From: a virus
Lineage: Duplodnaviria; Caudoviricetes
Direction: 5' to 3' (one strand)
Virus record (IMG/VR): IMGVR_UViG_3300025610_000042
Location: 1 to 44,163 of that record
DNA: 44,163 nucleotides
Below, piece after piece: positions 9,966 through 20,354 of this stretch (position 1 is the stretch's first letter; each line of letters starts with the position of its first letter). The notes beneath the pieces were generated by a model. The model was given only the letters and a program-made list of their open reading frames with translations, did no database searches and was not told where the DNA came from. The translations under genes and the position numbers were made by a program.

Positions 9966-12900
9966 TAAATATCCTCTGTATCAGGTAACTGTGGTAAGTA
10001 TACACCGTATTCTTTAAGTGTATCATAATCGTATTGCAAATCCTCTAAGAAATCTGTACGTTCCTGGAATAATGGAAGCAATACACGTTCAGCTACAACC
10101 TGGAAATCTGGATTACTATTTATCAATGTACCTATAAGATCACGTAATTGTTGTCTTTCTTTTAATAATGTACGTGATGTACGCCAACCATTCTTGGATA
10201 ATCCTGCTCTAAGTGATCTCTTTTCTAATGTATTAATTAAACTAAACACTACTTGTAAGTCTTTACCTACTGGTGTACCAGATAACTTAGAACTGTTTTT
10301 CCAATCTTTTAGTTCTTCAAACTGCATTTCTAATGTAGATGTTTGCGGTAATCCTGGTATTGTAGCGTCAAATCCAGGAAACTTTTGTTTAGCTAAATCT
10401 CTATGGAATGCTAACTCTCTATTACGTACTAAGTTTTGATAAGGATCTGTTATATCGTATGTCTGTAATGTAGATACACGCTTTTCTTCCATATAAAACT
10501 GACCTAGTCTTTGGTTACGTTTAGCTAACCATTCTTCTGGTTTGAGTGGCTCTCTTTGTTCATTAGCAATAGTTCTTACGTATGCTTCATAATCAAAAGG
10601 ACCACCACCGCCTTGTGGTATTGCATACTGTGCAGTAAATGTATACTGTTCAAATATCTCTGGATTTTCTTTTTGAAACTTAACACCACGTTCATCTACT
10701 GGTCTAGGTTCTACTACAACTGTTTTAGGTGTAGCAATGTCAATAGGATTAAATCCAAACTCATCTATAAAATATTTAGTAGCAGAATAATTATCGCCAG
10801 GTGCATATAAGAATCTACCTGTAATTGGATCTTTAGGTGGTGTCTCTAATAACTCTCTATACCTATCTGATAATATTTGCATAGAATAAATATGACCTGC
10901 ATTCTTTTCATTACCAATATCAAAACGTGGATTAAGTCCTACTGGACCAACAAACTGTGATATAGCTTTTATAAGTGTTAAACCTTTTGCAATAGATCGT
11001 GCTTCTTTCATTAACTCATCTTGTTGTCCTGCGGTTCTGTCATCTCTACCATCAGCTTTGAGTATTCTGTAAACATCAATAGTTGTGTTAGAAGCAATAC
11101 GTGTTATTTCGTTTTGACCTACATCTTCGTTATATGCGTACAATGCCTGGTATGTATTACGTAACCATGCAGGTACACCTGCTGCAGCAATAAGATCTCC
11201 TGCAGATCGTACATCTGGCAAACCATAAGGAAACAAAACTTTTTTAGCTTCATCAAAGTTAGGACTTGCGTTTACAAAAAAGCTAGCAGGTATAGCAACT
11301 GCAGGTCCAATACCTGGTACTACTTCTAATGCTAAGTTAAGTGATCCTGCATAACCTGGTAATCTGACACCAACATTCCTATCTTCACCAAATAATCTAT
11401 CGGATACAAGATCATCTATAAGCGGATAATAAAATACTTCTTCACCAGTAACTTCATCTTCTCCCAAAAATCCTTCACCTTCTACTGGACTAAATGGATT
11501 ACTAGCACGTGCAGCGTTAACTGTCACTTGACCTCTACGTAATATCTCTGGGTTTTCTTTTAATAGCTTTGCCCATGTAGTCATAATCTCTATATATGCT
11601 TCACCGAATGGGAATATACCACGTAAGTTATATGCTAGTTTTTTACGTTTAGTTAAGTCATACAATAGCTCTTGCACTTCTGTCAAAGCTCTAGCTTTTG
11701 CTATTCTATCAATTAAATCAACGTCACCAGATTTATCTGTAAATCCTAGTAACTCTGCTTTTTCTTTCATGTTGTTGTTAAATACTTCTTGTACATCATC
11801 TATCTCTGATTCTATGTCAAATATATCTTCTGCTAAATCATCTACACGTTTTTTAACATTTGCAGGTACTATGTCATCTTCGTATGTAACTCCTGATCCG
11901 TATGTACCAGTTATATCAAGTTCTAGTTTCATAAGTTCTTCTTGTTTGTCTGTTAACTTTTCTTCTAGTCTTGATCGTTTTCTATTTAGTGCTAGAGATA
12001 AATTCTCAAACTCTTCATCAAGATCTTCAAATCCTAAACCTAATGCTGTATCTTTTTCATTAAGTTCTTTAACTTTACGTTGAAACATATCTATGTTTAT
12101 CTCTGTATCTGCTTTACGTAGTTTTTGTGCAGGCAATCCTATGTCAGCTCTAAATGTAGCTAACATGTTTTCTCCAGGTAAACTTGCATTTAATGCACCT
12201 GCAACTTTTATTTCTTTACCATCAATAGAATATGTACCACCTTCTAACATAACTTGTCTCATCTTGCCTGACATGTATGGAAGAAGATCGTATATAGTTC
12301 TCCAATATGCTTGTCTAAATACTGGTGATCTTGACGCGTTATCTGTTCTTTGTCCCATTAATGCGTCGAATGCTTTGTTTGTATAAAACTCTAATTTACC
12401 AACATTGTCTATATAATCTGTTTTACCAACAGCAACTACGTTAGGAAGATCGTTAATGTATTCATCAGACATTAGTGTTTTCTTTACAGATTTATATAAT
12501 GTTTGATCACCATTTTTTATGCTGTCAAAAAAATCATCTAATGTTTCATCAACATATTGCTTACCGTCTAATCTGTTTAATCTGTTACGCAACAACATTT
12601 CAAGTATGTTGTTATTTGCTGTTTTTTCTACTGACAATGGGAATGGAGTTTTAGCAAAATCTAATTCATCAATGTTTATTCTTTTACCTAAATCCTCTAA
12701 TACATCTAAGTTTTGGTCAAAAGATCCACCTGCTAACTGATTTACTCTAGCTGTAATAGATTCTGCATAAGCATATCTACCACCTGCAGTATTCATTCTT
12801 GATCTATATGTAGGACCACCTGCACTATATGCTTCTATAATTTCTGTAGCACGTGAACTAGATCCTTCAACAAACTCTTTTAATCTAGCGTCTCTTTGTT

Positions 12901-15349
12901 TTTTAGTTAAGGCACCTCTGTATAAAAAGTTAAATAATCTGTCATAGTGTAAATGTGCTATCTCACGTACAATACCATCATCAAAATATTTTTGTATAAG
13001 TCTAGGTTGTGTCTCTTGGTTACGTAATGCGTCTTCTTTTGTAACAACGTCCATAGGGTGTACACCAGGTTTTTTACGTCTCCTACCTGCTTTGTATGCA
13101 CCACCAAATAAATAGTCAAAGTTGCTAGATCCATATCTACGTGAACTAGCTTGCTGCCACTCTAATGCTTCATCTAGTGGATTACCTAACAAATCTGCAA
13201 ACTTTACATTTTTGCTAGTCCATCTTGCAGCTTCTGTCGTGTTAGGTTTTTTAAGTAATCCCAGTGACAATACTGACAATGGTCGTGAAAATATATTGTC
13301 ATAACCACGTGTGTACATACGTAGCTGCTCTTCTCCTACAACACGAAGTAACCAGGCACCACGTAACAATACAAATGGTTTCCAAAAGTCTGAATAATAA
13401 CTATCTATAATTTTAGACATTGTACCTGCACGTATATTGGCAGGTAACTTACTAAACATATCTATTCCTGCTTCTGACGCTTTAGCTCTTATTAATGACA
13501 TAGAGTTCATAGCTTTTGCTAATTGTCCAGGATCAGGTAAAGGTATTGTTCTGTTAATAAACTCTGTAAGTAAATGTGGATCTGGATTTACAAATGCTTT
13601 GTTATCTACAATTGTTTGACTAATCTTTGCACCTGGATTAGCAACATTGTTACCTGTAACTGCGTCAATAAAATATGCGCGTAGCTCTGGTAGATAATCT
13701 TCAAAGATTCTACTAAATGTAAATGCGTCTTCTTTATTTACACCATACTTTTCTACTAAATCATCAGTAGCGTATGTAACCATATCTTTTACAACATTAA
13801 ATAATCCTGTCTGATCACCATCTTCAAGTCTTACTGCTCTGTTAATTATCTGATCTTTAGCAACAGGATCTACAGTTGTTTGATCTAGCCAACCTTTTAT
13901 GTTTGTTACTGCGTCATCTAACTGGTTACTATCTACGTATCTGTATGGAAACTCACCTGCGTATGTAGATAATATTCTTGCTGATCTATTAGGACTATCC
14001 ATAAGTTTTGTCTTAATAACTTTTTTTGCACCAAATAATTTACCAGTACCTTTAGGTACGCCACCTAATAATTCTTCTGTAGCACCACCTAAAAATCTAC
14101 CTATAGCACCTACTGTTGGTGCTTGACCTGTACCAAAAGGACCAAAAGGATCTTCTAAAAATTCTGTAATAAGATTAGACATAAGTTCACGTTTTTCATC
14201 TGCAGATTTTGTAAAATCTTGTGATATATCCATAAATGAAGCAATAGCTTCTCTGTCTGTTATGCCAGTAAGTTCTATAAATTTATTAGGACTATCTAAT
14301 TCTGACATGTAATTTATAAGTTGTTTACCACCAGGATCTTTAGATAAATAATTAGAAATAGATCTACCAGACATAAATGGTAGTCCCCAACCTTTATTAA
14401 CTGCACCTATGTATTCTTTTTGTGCTTTAGTTAACTTGTCAGGTTCTATCTTCTGTAATTCTTTTACAAGATAATCTGGTACTTTTAATGCTTTTCTACT
14501 TTTAGCAAAAGCACCTAATCCTAATGTCATATAGTTTGCAGGATCTAAGAACAATGCTTTACCTGCGTCTAATACACCAGATATAACATTAAATGGTCTA
14601 CTGTTTGGTTCTGCAACTTGTAATGCAATAGTTCTACCTAATGATATAGGTGCAGTACCGTATTGACTTGTAATAGTAAAGTTCTCATTACCTTCTTGCA
14701 TACTTCTGTCTATGTCAGTTATTGGTGTACCTAAGTAATTTTGTATAACTTGTTGCGCTCTACCTTGATCAAAACCAGAACGTATCATGTACTGGTACTC
14801 ATCATAAAATTTAGATTGTGGATTCTCTGGATCAAATACTTCTGATACTGGCAAAAATCCTTCGCCTAAATTTACTTTTGAACCTTTATTAAGTTCTCCT
14901 ATAAGTTGTTTAACTGTTGACTTACCTGATTGTTTGTATGCTTCTTTAAATGTTAAATTTTCTGCATTGTCTCCAAACGTAGAAGCAATAAAAGAGTTGA
15001 TAGGTCTATCTACTGTTGTTCTGTATAAATCTTCTAAACCTAAAAATCCTAAACGTACACCTGCTTGCAACGGATCAAAAACTTTATCTAATACTGTTTT
15101 ACTGTTAGATTGTGCAATCATCTTAGATATGTCATTTAACACGGTTGCTTCTGGTTTAACTTGTAATGTTGTTAATGCAGTAATAACATCTGGTGAAAAG
15201 TTAGGATATGCTTGTGAAATAGAACTTGCACGCATAGCGTCTTCTTTAGTTATAGATTGTTTAGCACGTTTATATGTTGCTTGTCTACGTTGTAGTTCTT
15301 GATAAAACTCTTGCTCTTGTGCAGGATTATCTCTATGAAATTCTGCCAT
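9965..15349 (-). CDS. 1794-aa putative internal virion (DNA ejection) protein
   Basis: Size, helical-looking composition and position in a short-tailed phage structural block. Confidence 0.6.
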   Translation of the reverse strand: MAEFHRDNPAQEQEFYQELQRRQATYKRAKQSITKEDAMRASSISQAYPNFSPDVITALTTLQVKPEATVLNDISKMIAQSNSKTVLDKVFDPLQAGVRLGFLGLEDLYRTTVDRPINSFIASTFGDNAENLTFKEAYKQSGKSTVKQLIGELNKGSKVNLGEGFLPVSEVFDPENPQSKFYDEYQYMIRSGFDQGRAQQVIQNYLGTPITDIDRSMQEGNENFTITSQYGTAPISLGRTIALQVAEPNSRPFNVISGVLDAGKALFLDPANYMTLGLGAFAKSRKALKVPDYLVKELQKIEPDKLTKAQKEYIGAVNKGWGLPFMSGRSISNYLSKDPGGKQLINYMSELDSPNKFIELTGITDREAIASFMDISQDFTKSADEKRELMSNLITEFLEDPFGPFGTGQAPTVGAIGRFLGGATEELLGGVPKGTGKLFGAKKVIKTKLMDSPNRSARILSTYAGEFPYRYVDSNQLDDAVTNIKGWLDQTTVDPVAKDQIINRAVRLEDGDQTGLFNVVKDMVTYATDDLVEKYGVNKEDAFTFSRIFEDYLPELRAYFIDAVTGNNVANPGAKISQTIVDNKAFVNPDPHLLTEFINRTIPLPDPGQLAKAMNSMSLIRAKASEAGIDMFSKLPANIRAGTMSKIIDSYYSDFWKPFVLLRGAWLLRVVGEEQLRMYTRGYDNIFSRPLSVLSLGLLKKPNTTEAARWTSKNVKFADLLGNPLDEALEWQQASSRRYGSSNFDYLFGGAYKAGRRRKKPGVHPMDVVTKEDALRNQETQPRLIQKYFDDGIVREIAHLHYDRLFNFLYRGALTKKQRDARLKEFVEGSSSRATEIIEAYSAGGPTYRSRMNTAGGRYAYAESITARVNQLAGGSFDQNLDVLEDLGKRINIDELDFAKTPFPLSVEKTANNNILEMLLRNRLNRLDGKQYVDETLDDFFDSIKNGDQTLYKSVKKTLMSDEYINDLPNVVAVGKTDYIDNVGKLEFYTNKAFDALMGQRTDNASRSPVFRQAYWRTIYDLLPYMSGKMRQVMLEGGTYSIDGKEIKVAGALNASLPGENMLATFRADIGLPAQKLRKADTEINIDMFQRKVKELNEKDTALGLGFEDLDEEFENLSLALNRKRSRLEEKLTDKQEELMKLELDITGTYGSGVTYEDDIVPANVKKRVDDLAEDIFDIESEIDDVQEVFNNNMKEKAELLGFTDKSGDVDLIDRIAKARALTEVQELLYDLTKRKKLAYNLRGIFPFGEAYIEIMTTWAKLLKENPEILRRGQVTVNAARASNPFSPVEGEGFLGEDEVTGEEVFYYPLIDDLVSDRLFGEDRNVGVRLPGYAGSLNLALEVVPGIGPAVAIPASFFVNASPNFDEAKKVLFPYGLPDVRSAGDLIAAAGVPAWLRNTYQALYAYNEDVGQNEITRIASNTTIDVYRILKADGRDDRTAGQQDELMKEARSIAKGLTLIKAISQFVGPVGLNPRFDIGNEKNAGHIYSMQILSDRYRELLETPPKDPITGRFLYAPGDNYSATKYFIDEFGFNPIDIATPKTVVVEPRPVDERGVKFQKENPEIFEQYTFTAQYAIPQGGGGPFDYEAYVRTIANEQREPLKPEEWLAKRNQRLGQFYMEEKRVSTLQTYDITDPYQNLVRNRELAFHRDLAKQKFPGFDATIPGLPQTSTLEMQFEELKDWKNSSKLSGTPVGKDLQVVFSLINTLEKRSLRAGLSKNGWRTSRTLLKERQQLRDLIGTLINSNPDFQVVAERVLLPLFQERTDFLEDLQYDYDTLKEYGVYLPQLPDTEDI

Positions 15350-15804
15350 TAGATATTACGCTGCGTTCTACCTATCTGCCTATCAGAAGCAAATTTTAGT
15401 AAACCTAAAAGCTCTGCAGTAGGGTTAACTTCTGCCATTGCACGTATTAACATTACGTCATCTGGTTCTAAAAATTGATCTTCCATTGGTGGACGTGAGT
15501 ACGCATTTAAATCATCTTCTCCTGGTGCAAATACATCTGCGATACCAGGTGATACTCCACCTAATTGTTGTGGCTGCGGTTGTGGTGCAGCAAACGTAGT
15601 TTGTGGTTGTTCTATGTTTCCTTGTCTAACTTGTTCTACAAGTGCAGCTTCTTCACCTGCTGACTCATTAACCATACCTCTTACATCATCTATTGTTGGT
15701 GCGGCACCGTCAGTTCTTCTAGCTAATCTACCTGGACCGCTTACTGCAGCAGGTCTCTTAACTCCACCTCTTCTACCACGACTTCTACTACTGCCATTCG
15801 CCAT
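15349..15804 (-). CDS. Hypothetical structural-module protein, basic Gly/Arg-rich N-terminus
   Basis: Start MANGSSRSRG at 15804 follows CAGGAGG (track start 15825); directly downstream of portal. Confidence 0.6.
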   Translation of the reverse strand: MANGSSRSRGRRGGVKRPAAVSGPGRLARRTDGAAPTIDDVRGMVNESAGEEAALVEQVRQGNIEQPQTTFAAPQPQPQQLGGVSPGIADVFAPGEDDLNAYSRPPMEDQFLEPDDVMLIRAMAEVNPTAELLGLLKFASDRQIGRTQRNI

Positions 15805-16018
15805 TAAAGCCCTCCTGTTGTCCAAAAAATATAATTAAGCCATTTGGTATGTATTGTACAGTCATTCCTTGTGGCATGTCAGATATTATTGGTTCATCTG
15901 TGTATATTTCATCTTCGTAATCAGCAATTGCTTCTTGTGTTTTTTGCCATACATCAACTAAGCAGTTGTTGACAATATCGCTAAATTCGTAATCTAATGG
16001 TTTAGGCACCTTGCACAC
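15788..16018 (-). CDS. Small acidic hypothetical protein
   Basis: 76-aa ORF filling the gap after portal; true start may be GTG at 16009 after AGGAGG. Confidence 0.55.
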   Translation of the reverse strand: MCKVPKPLDYEFSDIVNNCLVDVWQKTQEAIADYEDEIYTDEPIISDMPQGMTVQYIPNGLIIFFGQQEGFNGEWQ

Positions 16019-17750
16019 CTCCTAAGAGTAATGATCTTATATCTGGTGCAGGACCTTGTGGTACTGGTTGTCCACCGCCCATCATTTGTTCAAGTAACGC
16101 AGCTTCACCTTCTGGTACTTCTGGTTCTTCTGCTGTATAAAATTTATCTAGTATTGATTGCATAGAGTTAGGATTTTTATAAATCTGTACTAACGCCATT
16201 GTTGCTTTAGGATCACCTTGACTTGCTTGTACCTTTAATGTTTCAAACAAAGTACGTTCTGCTTCGTCTTTTAATATTCTGTCGTTGATCTTTTGTACAT
16301 TATCAAGTCCGTCCATGTTTTCTTGTAATGTCTCTTTGTCAATTATTCCTGCTTGCAATAACTGTAAACCAGAGACAATCTTTGTTGGTTCATCAAATCC
16401 TGCCATGACTCCATACACACGTCTAGTCTTGTACATACCTTGTATGTCTGTGCTAGGTGTATATTGTTCTGCATACGCTGTGCCTTTAAGATAACCTGCT
16501 AATGGTTTTTTCTTGTTACCATTTAATACTTCGTCCATCTCTAAACGTTTATAATCTAGTTCTTCTATTGCTGTTTTAAGTGCTAACTGATATTCTTTTA
16601 CGTTTAGATCAACGGACGATAGTAACTCTTGTAATCCCCTACCTGTAACAAATGAGTTAGGAGATATAGCGTCATCACTAACTGGATAGCTTGATCCAAC
16701 ACGAAGTTGTCGTTCTATCCTGTCTATCTGTTGAAACAACTGATATGGAACATTGTTTGGTGGTTTAGCGACTTGTGAACCTGGTGTTAAATAGTTGACT
16801 GCAAATCTACCGCGCTTGTAGTTCCCACTCTCTAATTCACCAATAATATTCGTTTCTGTGAATACGCTGTCTTCCATAGCAATTATGGACAAGACGTTAA
16901 TCTTTGCCATAGCTGCCATCAAACCTAGTACATGATCATACTGACCAGATAATCTATCAAAGCTAAATCTTTTAGATATAACAAAACGTGGACCTGATTT
17001 AAGAGGATTAGGTGTAAAGTCCAGAATTTGTTTTTGTTCTGGTAAAAATACGTAGGTACCATCTTCATCATAAAACTCTACAAGTTCTGTACCGTCAGCT
17101 AAATGATTATCCCAACTTCTTTGAAATCCGTCATGGTATTTAAACTTACTATAACCTGATGGGAACTGACTTGACTCATCAACCATAACTTGTGCTTGTG
17201 GGTACATCTGTTTAATAACAGCGTTAGGTACAAGTCTTATAAGTGCTAATTCTTTTGGATCTTGATCTGGTCCGTAATATCCTGGATAACAATCATAAGG
17301 ATCACGTAGTTCTGCGTGTGGGTACATAATGCCATCTGGTGACATTTTTTGTCTTATGATCCATACACAAAAACCATAACCAGGCAACCATCTAGCTGCT
17401 TGTGGTAACTGCATATCCATTTTAGAATTGCTATCTAAGTTAGTAACTATACGTTCTAACTTCTCTGCTTTGTTTTTAGCACGTTCGCTATCTGCGTAAG
17501 CGTCTACCTTTATGTCTGGCATACGTCCTAATTTTTGTGCTAAGTGTTCTAAACCTGAATTTATAAGATTAGGTATTGGTAAATCAATGTCGTAATTCTT
17601 TGCGCTCTCACCTAACAGTGCAGCAATACCATTGCTACCACCGTTCATAATGGATCTGACTCTATCACGATATTCATAGTGTCCACTATGTTCGTGCATT
17701 CCTTTTAGGTCGTCAGTCTTAATTAATAATTCGTCTGGGGTATACACCAT
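16002..17750 (-). CDS. Portal protein
   Basis: About 580 aa directly after terminase with TAATG overlap at 17750; Pro/Gln/Gly-rich C-terminus typical of podovirus-type portals. Confidence 0.8.
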   Translation of the reverse strand: MVYTPDELLIKTDDLKGMHEHSGHYEYRDRVRSIMNGGSNGIAALLGESAKNYDIDLPIPNLINSGLEHLAQKLGRMPDIKVDAYADSERAKNKAEKLERIVTNLDSNSKMDMQLPQAARWLPGYGFCVWIIRQKMSPDGIMYPHAELRDPYDCYPGYYGPDQDPKELALIRLVPNAVIKQMYPQAQVMVDESSQFPSGYSKFKYHDGFQRSWDNHLADGTELVEFYDEDGTYVFLPEQKQILDFTPNPLKSGPRFVISKRFSFDRLSGQYDHVLGLMAAMAKINVLSIIAMEDSVFTETNIIGELESGNYKRGRFAVNYLTPGSQVAKPPNNVPYQLFQQIDRIERQLRVGSSYPVSDDAISPNSFVTGRGLQELLSSVDLNVKEYQLALKTAIEELDYKRLEMDEVLNGNKKKPLAGYLKGTAYAEQYTPSTDIQGMYKTRRVYGVMAGFDEPTKIVSGLQLLQAGIIDKETLQENMDGLDNVQKINDRILKDEAERTLFETLKVQASQGDPKATMALVQIYKNPNSMQSILDKFYTAEEPEVPEGEAALLEQMMGGGQPVPQGPAPDIRSLLLGGVQGA

Positions 17751-19657
17751 TACCAAAAAACCTCGTTGTATTCACTTTGCTTATAATAGCTATACGAAGG
17801 AGTATAGTCGCTTTCTGCTTCAGCTAACATCATTTTTACATTGGTACGTATACGTTTCATTGGAAACCAACTTGCCATAACTAAGTCAGTTTTAGTTTTT
17901 ACATTACGTGAATTACTTGCACCTGCTTGTGAAAAGTAAATTAACTGTTGTCTAAATATATTGACAAGTCTTTGTGTCTTAGAGTCTGAATACGGTATGT
18001 TTATCTTTTCTTGTTCATACATACCTACCATACTGGTTACACCAAATGTAGGATCCCATTTATTTTTATAAGTCTGGTGTCCTTCTATACGTACACCATG
18101 ATTAGCTGCCCACATTTTTATATCTCTGTCTTGACCAATAGCACGTTGGAATCCGTTTTCTTCTATGATCCAGTGACTTAACCAATACTTGTCATACCAT
18201 TCCTTCATTAAGTTATGTGCTTTTTGTATACCACCACCTTGATCGTTCTTCATATCTACAAGCCATACTTGTTGTGTTTTAACGTTATATGCCCAAAGAA
18301 CTGCTGCCTGATAACCTGTACTAGCAGGATCGAGTCCTGCAATAAGACTTGTGCCTGGTGGTATGTCTCCTAGCTTCCTTGATTTATCTAAACACTTATC
18401 AATCATCTCTGCTGTAAATAACTCCATACCTTGTGGTATAGCTTTGTTTAGATAGACCATCTCAAATATATTTCTACCACCTGTAGTCTCTGCTGCAGCT
18501 AACTGTTCCATTAACCATTTATGTGTACGTTTATTTGACCATAACATGTGTTTTGTATGATCTATAGATTCGTCTTCTAGCGGTACTTCTAAGTCATGCG
18601 CACGATCAACAATAGTCTCCCATGCTTTGTTTTCTAAGAGATGATGGTAAAGATCGTCTGGGTGTTGTCTTGATCCAATGACGACCATTCCTGTATGTTC
18701 CTCTTTTCTTGACTGTAATGTTGTGGTCCACCAGTTCCTGGTGTTTTCTCTAGCACTTGGTTGCACAGTACTTCCATGATCTTCGATGTCGTCTGCAATA
18801 ATAAGGTCTGCGTCTCTGGAAAGGATCTTACCTCCCTTTCCAATTGCGACAAGAGTTGGCGACTTAATACCAGAGACTGTTCTAGTTGCAACAGTAAATT
18901 GACTGGACGACCAACTTTTTCCACCTCTATTAGAAGGTCTAAATCCGTCCCAGTCTCCGTAATCTTGTATGAGTCCTTCATTATTCTCCAAATGATCTAG
19001 TACCGCACCTACGGAGTTACGTGCAATGTCTTCGTTACCACCGCACCACATGATACGTATGTTAGGATTTTTACAAATCATGTATACGCAAAAGTGTGTA
19101 AGTAGATCTGTCTTACCATGTCTAGGCGGAGACAAGATCATTAACCGTTTACCGTGCTTTATACTATCTAAGATAGCACCAATCCACTTCTTTTGAAAGT
19201 CTGGTGTCTCATAATTTTTACCTTGTTCTGTTAAGAAATATTGATCACGAAAATCAACAAAGGAGTTTACGTCAGCTTGCAACTCGAAGGGGTCCCCACG
19301 CTTTTCGAGCTTTGCTTCTTTTTCTACATCTTCGAGATATGCTGCTACTGCACGTGACACTGTTGATGGACTGCAGCTTAGTATGTTTGCTACTTCCTTC
19401 TTTGTCTTCTTACCTTCTAAAATGTCGTTGAAAAAATTTTTTTTCTTCATAATGGCGTAGTAATCTCCTCTACGCTTCTGTACATTTTCATCTACAGTCT
19501 TTTCTACCTGGATCTCTTTAGTAGGTTTGTTTGCACGCCATGCACGTTGTCGTGTTCTTTTAGAACACCTCTCACTACAATACTTTTTACGACCTTCTGG
19601 TAAGGGGACTAAACAGTTGTCTGCTACGCAGATTGTGATTTTTTCATTATTTGACAT
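17750..19657 (-). CDS. terL: Terminase large subunit with N-terminal Cys-rich and HTH extension
   Basis: Walker A SPPRHGKT, Walker B LIIADDIED, IGSRQHPDDL, nuclease GLDPA, IEENGFQ, DLVMASW. Confidence 0.95.
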   Translation of the reverse strand: MSNNEKITICVADNCLVPLPEGRKKYCSERCSKRTRQRAWRANKPTKEIQVEKTVDENVQKRRGDYYAIMKKKNFFNDILEGKKTKKEVANILSCSPSTVSRAVAAYLEDVEKEAKLEKRGDPFELQADVNSFVDFRDQYFLTEQGKNYETPDFQKKWIGAILDSIKHGKRLMILSPPRHGKTDLLTHFCVYMICKNPNIRIMWCGGNEDIARNSVGAVLDHLENNEGLIQDYGDWDGFRPSNRGGKSWSSSQFTVATRTVSGIKSPTLVAIGKGGKILSRDADLIIADDIEDHGSTVQPSARENTRNWWTTTLQSRKEEHTGMVVIGSRQHPDDLYHHLLENKAWETIVDRAHDLEVPLEDESIDHTKHMLWSNKRTHKWLMEQLAAAETTGGRNIFEMVYLNKAIPQGMELFTAEMIDKCLDKSRKLGDIPPGTSLIAGLDPASTGYQAAVLWAYNVKTQQVWLVDMKNDQGGGIQKAHNLMKEWYDKYWLSHWIIEENGFQRAIGQDRDIKMWAANHGVRIEGHQTYKNKWDPTFGVTSMVGMYEQEKINIPYSDSKTQRLVNIFRQQLIYFSQAGASNSRNVKTKTDLVMASWFPMKRIRTNVKMMLAEAESDYTPSYSYYKQSEYNEVFW

Positions 19658-19663
19658 ATCTAT

Positions 19664-19679
19664 ATGGTATAGTGTAGCA
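19664..19679 (-). promoter_or_regulatory. Extended -10 promoter for terminase
   Basis: Minus-strand TGC-TACACT (19679-19671), 13 nt above the ATG, no Shine-Dalgarno. Confidence 0.5.
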
Positions 19680-19961
19680 TATCAGGATAAGCATTGTGGT
19701 GTTCCTGCCTACACAAGCACCACAAGATAACGATTCGTTAATAGGGTTGGCATAGCAGGACCGCCTTAGTCGTGGGTTGAGCCACATTCCTCACATTTTA
19801 TTTATTAGAGAGAGAGCGCATTTACTGTTACTAGACTTAATAAACTGGTTTGGGTTGGGAGTGACACAGGGATCGAACCACCTACTACTAGAACTCGACA
19901 TTTAAAAAGTACAATATATAGTACTACTACATATAGTACCTTTAGACTACACTATATATAG

Positions 19962-19967
19962 TATACT
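19962..19967 (+). promoter_or_regulatory. -10 element for the tRNA-like RNA
   Basis: TATACT separated by 7 nt from G19975. Confidence 0.5.
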
Positions 19968-19974
19968 GTAGACT

Positions 19975-20051
19975 GGGGGTGATCTGGTCAGGGTTAAATG
20001 CTTATCCAAATACTCATCTAACCAACGTGGGTTCGACTCCCACCACCTCCA
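19975..20051 (+). ncRNA. tmRNA-like tRNA-like domain (Ala identity) lacking the mRNA-like domain
   Basis: Acceptor GGGGGTG/CACCTCC with G3:U70 and discriminator A; T-arm GTGGG-TTCGACT-CCCAC; no D-stem; central helix GGTTAAATG/CATCTAACC; CCA not encoded. Confidence 0.75.
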
Positions 20052-20301
20052 CAAATTGCCAGGTAAACATTGACGTATTCATCTATATTTTCTGCGCGCC
20101 GCGATTAAGGTATGGGGGTTTGTGTTTGCGTGTGTTTATGCGTGTGTGGTTGTGTTGCGCGGTGCTGCGATTCGTAGGCGGTTTGCGTCGTACTGTCTCG
20201 ATATGCGTTCGACAACTAGAAGACCAGGCGCTGCTTTAAATCTTCCAGGAGTACCTGGTTTTAAAATGGTGATCTAAATTATTTTGCGCACGTGATACAA
20301 A

Positions 20302-20324
20302 GAAAAAGCGGACCGTAGTCCGCT
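20302..20324 (-). terminator. Intrinsic terminator ending the early operon
   Basis: AGCGGAC-N4-GTCCGCT followed by T5 on minus strand. Confidence 0.8.
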
Positions 20325-20354
20325 CTCTCTCTTCCTGGTTATTCGTACGTTACG

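Noticed and set aside
19840-19890. Minus-strand GGTTCGATCC resembling a tRNA T-loop
   Set aside because: No 5-bp T stem or acceptor stem could be built
20020-20054. attP site for integration into host ssrA
   Set aside because: No integrase seen; the element also has a matching 5' acceptor strand and its own -10, which an attP does not need
19979-20239. 86-aa plus-strand ORF
   Set aside because: Overlaps the tRNA-like RNA and the low-complexity GT tract; no RBS
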